Source: Octopus sinensis (Eukaryota). Taken from it: a DNA stretch of 34,129 nucleotides. The stretch's first letter is position 1, and every line of letters begins with the position of its first letter. Below, piece by piece: positions 23,574 through 34,129 of this stretch. The stretch covers positions 1-34,129 of the forward strand of contig NW_021829933.1 in NCBI RefSeq assembly GCF_006345805.1, read 5' to 3'. A model generated the notes under the pieces. The model did not search any database. It was not told the DNA's origin and worked only from the letters and a program-made list of their open reading frames with translations. A program made the position numbers and the translations under genes.

Positions 23574-24844
23574 ATGCTGTTGTTGTTGTTGTTACTGTTG
23601 ATGCTATTGCTGTTGCCTCTTGTTTCGTTGTTGTTGTTATTATTGCTGATGACGTTTGCATTGAACGGATGCCTGTAAAATAACTCCAGAGAAAGTTTCG
23701 ATATTATTTCTTTTTATTTTATTATTTTGTTTGTCTTTTCAACCGACAAAGGACTCTGGGACATTTTAGTGTCCACCTCATTACCTTGGAATGGAAAATA
23801 AGGTTTGTCTTAGACATTTAATATATTTAACAAACATTGTTTACTCGTTATTTAATACGGTTTTCCCCCTCGAGGACATGTAAGAGGTACAAGCTATGAA
23901 TGTGCTAACAATGGATACGCCCCACAAAATTTCGAAAACATTTTGAAAATTTCGTCAACAAAAACACATTAAAAAGAGCAACACATAAAAAAATATTAAA
24001 ATTGAAGAAAGAGACACAGTTTTGAAAAGTTTTACAACTGCAAATAATAAAAAATGGTGTTTGCATTAAAAACACAAATAAAAAATCAACAAAACAACAA
24101 TCCAGTGTTGCGAGCGTCGTGAGTCAGGGGGAAGCATTGGACGTGGTCTAACCCCAAGAGAAAGCAACCACTTTGCTGGGAGAATTCATCGAAAGAATGG
24201 TAAGGAGGTAAGTGACGTGACTTTGAGAGTTTTTGCAAAATGGAAAAAAGTTTTTGTAAGTTGTGAAAGCAGCAGTTAAAAGAAGCTTTGGCCGATATGA
24301 GATGTCCGTTCAATCAAACGGAATTGAGCGTGTGAAAGTGATTATGTTGTCCTTGAAACAGCGTACGGGGCAACAAAAACAAGCAAGTAGCCCACACACT
24401 TTATCATATTCTTTATTTCGTAGTATATAAGGGGACACAAAACTAGTATCTCATCTAGAGGTACTGTGCAGACATTAGCTCCTGGCTCTTCATCACCTTT
24501 CTGAAACAGTAGTGGCGGGAGCAGAGTAAGTTGCATATAAAGGGCAAAGCATGTATATGCTGCAATTTATATGGGATCATCCATATTCCTTTCATTTAGA
24601 CTTTATATCATACTGGATAAAGATGCAGTATATCGTCCGTTCTTGTCTCTGAACGAAACTAAGTGCTACGTGTATATCTTTGCTTGAAAGTGCTTATAGT
24701 CATTCCATTGTAGGTTTTTGCTATTCCGTTTAAGTTCTTGATGCAAACCTTATACAACTCTTTTTTCAATACACATAACTGTATTTGAATATACACATAC
24801 ATGCACACACCCACACACAAACACGCACGCACGCACAAACATAC

Positions 24845-24896
<52 letters not shown>

Positions 24897-25324
24897 CGTA
24901 TTATTTCTTACATATTTTACATATCTTGCATAGCATTTGATTTTCGTCTCATATATCATATTCATAAATATGGGTGTACATGAACGTTCTCGTGTGAGGT
25001 AATTAAAGAAGTGATCTATAACGACGGTAAATTCTCGCAAAAGCTCAGGGTTAGTAGTAGGGAGATAACAATTATCGAATTTTTATAAGTCACCTTACTT
25101 GATCTGTGTATTCATTTTGAGCATAACCTTATGTCTTGTCATCCAAAGCGGAATCGATTACCAGCATTACCCACAGGATCGCTTGAAAACTGTGGAGATC
25201 TTTTCAACATGAAACCATTAGTTGCCATGTTGATCTACAAATAAATAATTTTTATCCACCAATTCAGTGTTGAGTACTCATTCTCACTGTTCAGTACTCG
25301 TATATGTGTATATATATATATATA

Positions 25325-25500
25325 AATTGCTCGAAATACGAGACGAGAAAAACAACCGACAACTGATGAAGGATTGTTCTTTATGTTTGTTTTGTTTTCC
25401 ATTTGTGTCTTTCGTAGTTCGAAAGAATAGTTCATGTTCCATGAACTTGTGCTTCGTATATTTTTGTTGTACACGTATCGTGACGTCCTGTGCCCAAATA
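25325..25500 (+). mobile_element. Family P 3' fragment
   Basis: GCTCGAAATACGAG..CGACAACTGATGAAGG..TCGTGACGTCCTGT matches the 3' part of the other family P copies. Confidence 0.55.
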
Positions 25501-25503
25501 TGC

Positions 25504-25538
<35 letters not shown>

Positions 25539-25565
25539 TTATATATATATATAATATATATATAT

Positions 25566-25614
<49 letters not shown>

Positions 25615-25753
25615 CGTATAGATTTATGTACAAAAACGTATGTATATATGCATATATATATTAATGAGTATTATAAGATATGCATTCAGAGACTTAAATA
25701 AATACATATTTACCTCTCATACCTTCTGGCTTTATGCTTTATATATCTGTGTC

Positions 25754-25756
<3 letters not shown>

Positions 25757-25817
<61 letters not shown>
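25757..25817. repeat. (TAA)n microsatellite at the 5' junction of Dong/R4 copy 1
   Basis: Directly visible. Confidence 0.98.
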
Positions 25818-27582
<1,765 letters not shown>

Positions 27583-28339
27583 TACCAAGCTAACGTTCTT
27601 CAAAACGTTTATGACCCTAAATGCAGATTCTGCGACACATTTGACGAAACAATAGACCATCTCATCTCGCTATGTTCTGTACTGACATCGAGCGAATACG
27701 AAAATTGCAACGGTAGGGTAGGACAGTATTTACATAGGAAAATATGTAAGTACTACAAAATCAGTGCTCCTGCTTACTAGCATAAACATCACCCTGTGTC
27801 AGTCGTTGAAGGTAAAAAAATATCACTATTTTCTGGAATATTTCAGTCAACACTGACGGAACGATCCAGGCTATTCGATGGGACTTAGTCATTAAGAACA
27901 GGGAAGAAAATACTTGTAGACTAATAGATTAAATGTTCCCACGGCAAAAATATATCTATAAAGGAATTTGACAAATTAAACATAAGGCCCTGGAAATTGA
28001 AATACAAAAAGTGTGACATCTTAAAGCGAGAACTGTTCCTTCTATTGTAGGTGTCCTAGGTATGATGAATGATGTGATGTCAGAAGCATCTAGATAACAT
28101 CCCAGGAGAACCATATCTCAGAGAAATCCAAAAGATTGTGTTGACAAGTAATGCCCACATCCTTAGAAAAACCCTATCAGTTGAAGTGCCTGTGTTACAT
28201 AAAGATATTTCGCTACTTTCTCTGTCACTTCCCCTCCCCAAGCGTTCAGTCATACTGTAACATATCTTACCCTTCACTCGCCCTAGGACACTGGGTATGT
28301 CTTGGCAAGTGACAGTAACAAACATGCAGATTAAAAGTA

Positions 28340-28340
<1 letters not shown>
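27583..28340 (+). mobile_element. 5'-truncated decayed Dong/R4-type element (copy 2, different subfamily)
   Basis: YQANVLQNVYDPKCRFCDTFDETIDHLISLC (CCHC), GQYLHRKIC, TVPSIVGVLGM, EIQKIVLTSNAHILRKTLS. Ends in (TAA)n at 28341-28393. Confidence 0.88.
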
Positions 28341-28393
<53 letters not shown>

Positions 28394-28713
28394 CTTTGGA
28401 TTGATTTATAAATATTTAATGCATCCAAGGAATTTTGTTATTACTATTATATTTATCATACATTATATCGGGACAGCTCTATGCAACCCTGAAAAATTGT
28501 TTCAACAGTCAGCATCATGAGACTGTGGCCGGCATGGTGGAATAGGAGCTTTATTTGCATATTCAAAACATTTCCCATAAACAGATTTACAAGACAAGAC
28601 ATATATTATTTTCTATAGAAAATGTGGACTGGTCAGCAGATGGGTTCTTAAATTATATAAGCTTTTCATTAAAAGTATAAGCTTTTCATAACAGTTTTGA
28701 TCTGTGCAGTTTC

Positions 28714-28788
28714 ATGTCTATCCTGATGAGGATGTCACTTGAGTGTAAATGAACTGCGGTCGTGAGCTCCCGAAATGGTCATAGATAT
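28714..28788 (+). ncRNA. Type I hammerhead ribozyme (PLE/retrozyme-type, minimal stem III)
   Basis: ATGTCTAT-C-CTGATGA (28723-28729)-GGA..TCAC..GTGA..TCC-C-GAAA (28772-28775)-TGG-TC|ATAGATAT. Stem I is 8 bp, stem II is bipartite, predicted cleavage after GUC at 28780. Confidence 0.75.
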
Positions 28789-29349
28789 ATGTAAATGTTG
28801 AAATTGACTTGTGATATCTATCTATTTGGTACTTTGAACGTACTTGTGTGAGGGGAGTAAAAGACTATTTTCAAGTTGTGAATTTGACCTGTAGAAGTCT
28901 GCTTACTTATGTATTTTGGGCGTACCTGTGTGAGGGAAGTAAAAGACATTTTCAAGTATTTTTTTTAATTTTTAAAATAATTCTTAAAAAATATTTTAAT
29001 CGTTTGATAAAATCTCTTTAGTCAGTGGACACTATCTTTTTTAGGCCTTTTGATAGTTTTGAAATGTTTAGCCGTTATATTTAACTTTTGATAAGCCGTT
29101 CTATTTGTATTTTATTATATATATTTTTACATCCTACTATTTTATGTATGTGTATTGTTTTTTGTGTGTATTGTTTTTTATGTGTTTGTAGACAATGGTG
29201 TTTTTTTATATATGTTTGAGGGATGGTGTTGTATGTAAAGTCGTTGACCCAAATTTAATGTTTGTCCATAACCAATGCTTCTTTATTTACACACACACAA
29301 ACACACAACACACACACACATATATATATATATTATATATATGTATATC

Positions 29350-29405
<56 letters not shown>

Positions 29406-29407
<2 letters not shown>

Positions 29408-29791
29408 AGCAAAAGGCCCCCCTCATCCAATGGACGGTGCTGAGTTGTTAAACATTTAAACCCAAATTTCTTAAAACAACTTGTCCGACCGTCCCATAGG
29501 CCTTCCCTTTGAGAAACACTGATTTAACCTAAATTTGAGACACCGTGCATTTTTATCGCGTACGCGTAATATCGATTGCAACAGCTGATGTACTTGCGCG
29601 TACAAATGCACGTTCCCATGGCTTTATCGATCGCATTCTCACCTGGAATCGATTTCTGTAATTTTTTCAAGACTTTTACCTGCCCTGATACCGTCGGTAT
29701 CTGCATATCAAATTTGAGCGCAATCTGATGGAGGATGCCCGAGATCCTAGAAGACACACAGACAGACTGACAGAAAGGATTTTATAGAAGA
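29406..29791 (-). mobile_element. Non-autonomous Helitron, second family
   Basis: Minus strand starts A|TCTTCTATAAAA with a short TCTG repeat and ends with an imperfect hairpin (about 29417-29437) plus CTTG|T (CTAG variant). Inserted in (TA)n. Confidence 0.6.
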
Positions 29792-29807
29792 TATATATAT
29801 ATATATC

Positions 29808-30545
29808 ACCGTTTTCTTTCTTTCTCTCTATCTCTCTATAATCGTCTTTAGTTTCCGTTTCTCCCCTCGTTCTTTACTGTCCCCTGTCCCCTGTCTGTCT
29901 GTCTTTCTTCCTCTCCCTACTATCTTTCGTTCCTTCTCCCTTCTCCTCATTCCCTTTATTTCTTTCCCTCATCCTCTCTCTTTCCCCTTTACCCCCCGCC
30001 TCTTGGCTCACACGTGATTACAGGCCACCTCTGTTTTTCTGGACGCGACGTCCATCTCGCTGGACGTCATTTCCCTCGCCTCCTGACATATTTTCTACTA
30101 CTTTCTTCTCTTTATTCTGTATCCTTTCAAAATTTCTACCCGGCGTTACCCATTACAGTGCATCTTGGTCTAACGGCTCTTAATATTTGTCTTCATCGAT
30201 TGTTTAATCTGTATCTCCATTCTGTTGCTGTTTGTTCGTTCGAAGTCCTAACTCTCCACAAATTTTTTATTTATTTAAAAATTTTTTAGATGCTGCTGTC
30301 TTATGAAGTTTTCCTATCTTGTCGTTGAAAGCTCGAAATAAGGAGTAATAAACAGTCGACAACTGAGGAAGAGTTACACTTCTGGTATTTTGCCCCGTAC
30401 TTGTCTCTCGTCATGTTTTTACGTATTTTTCACTCGCTGTTGATGTCCAGTTCTTATTGTGTATTATTTTGTATTTTGTCCTCTACTTATCTCTTGTGTG
30501 TTTACATGTTTTTCGCTCGTTCGTGATGTCCTGTACTTAATGTGT
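29808..30545 (+). mobile_element. Family P non-coding element
   Basis: CT-rich head, GGCTCACACGTGA, CTGGACGTC, GGTCTAACG, GCTGTCTTATGAAG..GAAAGCTCGAAA..ACAGTCGACAACTGAGGAAG, TCGTGATGTCCTGTAC. Confidence 0.6.
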
Positions 30546-30560
30546 ATTATATATATAAAG

Positions 30561-30719
30561 TAAAGTAAACAGAAAATGGAGAAATATTGATTAACAACAA
30601 TTGACTAACATCAGTTATCACTTTTTAATTAAATGCAAATAGACTATTTAATCAAAAAGTAATAATTGATGTAAGTCAATTATTGTTAATCATTATTTCT
30701 CCATTTTCTGTTTACTTTA
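30561..30719. repeat. Long inverted repeat: 74-bp arms, 11-bp spacer
   Basis: 30561-30634 versus the reverse complement of 30646-30719, 6 mismatches. Confidence 0.95.
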
Positions 30720-30905
30720 AATTTGATTCCTGATAAACTCATGTTTATCTTTGTCATTGCCTGTAACCTATGAGCATAATATGCCTGCATATGTATGTCC
30801 AAGGTTAACATAGGTAATTATACCGGTAGTATAACGGATACTTTTATCCCTCAGATGGTTATTGCAACCTCTAATTCTACTAACCTTTACATATTATATA
30901 TATAT

Positions 30906-30954
<49 letters not shown>

Positions 30955-33144
30955 TATATATTATATATATATATATATATATAAGCACGCACATACACAC
31001 ACATACATTATATAAATAGATATATAATACAATAAATATGGATTTAACTATAACGGTGGTGGTACTCATAAAAATGCCCCTTTAACGGATCTGGATACAA
31101 ACTCCACAGTTAACCAAATTTATTACCATACACTAAAATAGTTTGTATGCGATAGAGATTGCAAAAGGATCGTCGTTATATGGATGTCTATTAGTGAAAT
31201 AAATTAATTCATCCTATTCTTATACCTCCTCTCTTTCTTTACATATATATACACGTATTTATTTCCGTATTTCGATGTCTTAAGTACTACGTTTTTATTT
31301 CGCCTTATACATCATGTAATCCCCTTTCTCAGACGTTTTGTACAAAAGTGTGGGATCATGGGATAAATAAATAAACTGATTATTATTTTCATTAATTACA
31401 CGGTGACTGTCATACGATGATATTTTAACATTAGCTGTTGCGTTAATAATAAAACACGTAGTTTTCAATTAATTTCTTCCCTCAGAATTAACAGACTGTC
31501 ACTCCTTTTTGTTACTGTTTGGATTCTTAGTTATGTGACCGGAACGACGCTGGAGTTGTGAGAACCATCAGAGCGTGGAACAAAATACCGTGAGGTGTTT
31601 AGTCACGGTAATTAACTTTTGGAGATCAACCTTGCCTGTGGTCTTACCGGAAATAACTACCAGTGAAATACAGGCATTGACATAAAAGTCACCGATCTGA
31701 TAAGTTCACCAATTTGTAGTGACCCAACGAAGTATATTGTACGAAAAATCGCCGAACGACTGACTTACGTTAACGGTGAACTACGGAGCACTACGGAGAC
31801 CTATGGAGACCTATGCAATCCCACAGCCATCGCAAGTGACATGATGTGCAACGTAAGCAGCCGTTATTGATACTACGTTGGCCGAAATCAAAGTAAAAAC
31901 GTATCCAGAAGCTACAATCACCACAACGATCGACCTTCTGGAAACTGCAACCAAATCTACCCTTAAATTAAGCGTCGTATATAAGGGAACAGTGAGATTA
32001 GGTGATGTAAAATCCTGCAAAGCCCTAAAAACAACATAATGATCCGAGCTGAGATAACTTTCAACATAGGTTCGTTAGATCAGGGTTGATTTTAGGGCTA
32101 AAAGGGCTGTTCCATATGTCCTTTTGACGACACAACACACACACACACACACACATACACACACACGCACGCACAAATACACACACATATTTAATATACT
32201 TCACACTTTCAGCTCCAGTCTCTAAATGGTCATATGAGCTGCTAGATACAACAGCCAAATCATCTCCAAATCACACCTGTTCGCCTTAAAACTAATATTT
32301 TGGTTCCTGACTTCATTTGAACCAGGGATGGAACGAAATGCAAGTTACGTCACAAAATCCCAACAATAAAACCTATCTCTTTCTCCTAGGGACTGAATCT
32401 TATTAACAATGACCATTACCAGTTATATTTTGCTGGATGGGGTCCGGAATTACGATTTTACCATAGAATAGAAAATGTGCATTTGCTTTGCGTAGTCCTA
32501 GATAAACTGTATCGGAATATGAAACATCATGGATTTAACTGAAAACCTTTAACCATGTGTCTGCTGGATCAGGATAAATGTATAATAACAATAACTACAG
32601 CAACAACAACAGCAGCAGCAGCAACAACAATCACATTAGATAATGTAATCCTAGATACACTGTATCGAGATATAAGCGACACGGAGTTACAACTAATTAG
32701 ATCAAAGCAATAGCTCTAATCATTAATTTCTATTATAATATTAACCATAACCAAAAAATCACTAACAAATGAGATTCTACGTGGTCGCTTGATCTTTAAG
32801 AAATAGCAACCAAATTTCTCCCTATTAGTACCCTACCAACTCAAAAACAACAATATTATTTTGGATAATGTAGCCCTACATAAAGATATAATACTGGAGG
32901 CTGAAACCACTTCATTCACATGTCTACTTGATGAAAACTGACCTTAATACCTTACGAGGTATTAAGGTTGCCCCAAAGTAATTTAGGATCTATATTAAAA
33001 TCTTGATTAAAATCTGAAGATTCAGTTGAGAACAAGCACACTAAAAAAACAGTTAACTATAAAACTGCGGGTGATAAATTCTATGAGATCTGGGAGTAGG
33101 AGTGACTGTATAGATGTATAAATGCCTAGGTAGGTATGACTGAC

Positions 33145-33246
33145 GTATGTATGAATGTATGTATGTATGTATGTATGTATGTATGTATGTATGTATGTAT
33201 GTATGTATGTATGTATGTATGTATGTATGTATGTATGTATGTGTAT
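33145..33246. repeat. (TATG)n microsatellite
   Basis: Directly visible. Confidence 0.97.
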
Positions 33247-33261
33247 CGCTCGCTGGGACGG

Positions 33262-33900
33262 GACACAACGACATATGCATTCATTAAATACCGAACCTCT
33301 GGAAAATTATTCGCTGCGAAGAAAAAGGTCCTTCAGAATGTCATATGCGGTCTTTATATACTGACGTCTACGATCTTTGCAACACACTCACTCATATATT
33401 TGCCAACTTTTATGAATAGGTTCTCACAAATTTTGGCATTTGAGTTAACCATTAACATCGACAAAATGGTGGTAATGTATCAACCGTCTCCCGGATCACC
33501 CAATGTTGAACCAGCAATTTATGTCGATGGTCACATGCTCAAAGTTGTTGACAAATTTTCTTACCTGGATGATGAAATAGCTTCACGCATCTGAAAAGCA
33601 ACTGATGCTTTCGCCAGCCTCAAAGAACATATTTGGGATCAGGAAGGAATTTAAAAAGGCCCTAAAAGTTGCAGTACGCAATGCAAGTATCCTTTCAATA
33701 CCGTTTTACTCCTGTGGAACTTGGAATGTCTACCGCAGACACCACAAGATCCCAGAGCAGTCTCACCAACGACACCTTCATAATATTCCAGATGTTGAGC
33801 TGATACTGAAATCCTCTAAAATGCTGACAAATTCACCATTGAAGCTTATATTCATAGACTCCGGCGGATATGCCATCTCATTCCATGAGAGGATAGCAGA
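33262..33900 (+). mobile_element. Decayed RTE (BovB-like) LINE reverse transcriptase fragment
   Basis: IKYRTSGKLF, FELTINIDKMVVMYQPSPG, LKVVDKFSYL, DDEIASRI*KATDAFASL, FYSCGTWNVYRRH, HQRHLHNI match the RTE RT C-terminal consensus. Confidence 0.85.
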
Positions 33901-34129
33901 GTCCTAGACTGTTATAATGTGAATCCTCGTCCACTTGTATGTTATTGTCGGTACTGTTATATTCTTATCGCCATTATTATGTTGTGGCGGTATTCCGCAT
34001 CTTATTGTCTTTGACTCGTGTTTAGTGTTATCATTTATCGTATTCTGCAAGACAATGATTTGAAACGTCTACCTTGACGCTAACTCGAACTTGAATATAT
34101 CATGCAACTAACACTGACTCAAACTGGAT

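Noticed and set aside
25640-25817. N-terminal part of the 378-aa ORF (poly-Ile)
   Set aside because: Read-through of (TAA)n and flank; element coding sequence starts at about 25818.
28840-28957. Short direct repeat (~37 bp, 82-bp period) downstream of the hammerhead
   Set aside because: Only two degenerate units; treated as internal slippage within the element.
31811-31850. ZZ zinc-finger-like HHVTCDGC as a protein call
   Set aside because: A stop follows within four codons and the remaining ZZ cysteines are absent.

Overview
AT-rich, microsatellite-dense eukaryotic DNA with no host protein-coding gene I can support. Nearly all ORF-track entries are translations of simple repeats or decayed transposons. 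The SINE sequences and repeat landscape look like an octopus (cephalopod) genome; this is recognition, not a database result. The window holds two full-length decayed mariner (Tc1/mariner) transposons, three 5'-truncated Dong/R4-type retrotransposons at (TAA)n tracts, an RTE-type LINE fragment, three Penelope-like (PLE) coding fragments, two non-autonomous Helitrons, a piggyBac-like end, many tRNA-derived SINEs, a 16-bp minisatellite and a 159-bp palindrome. Best leads: (1) a near-canonical type I hammerhead ribozyme at 28714-28788, several decayed hammerheads, and a non-coding family with hammerhead-like motifs (one copy has 106-bp terminal direct repeats), suggesting retrozyme-like or non-autonomous PLE elements; (2) orientation-specific stacking of Dong/R4 elements and a non-coding passenger in (TAA)n arrays; (3) a ~720-bp local duplication whose junctions suggest SINE-mediated templated insertion.
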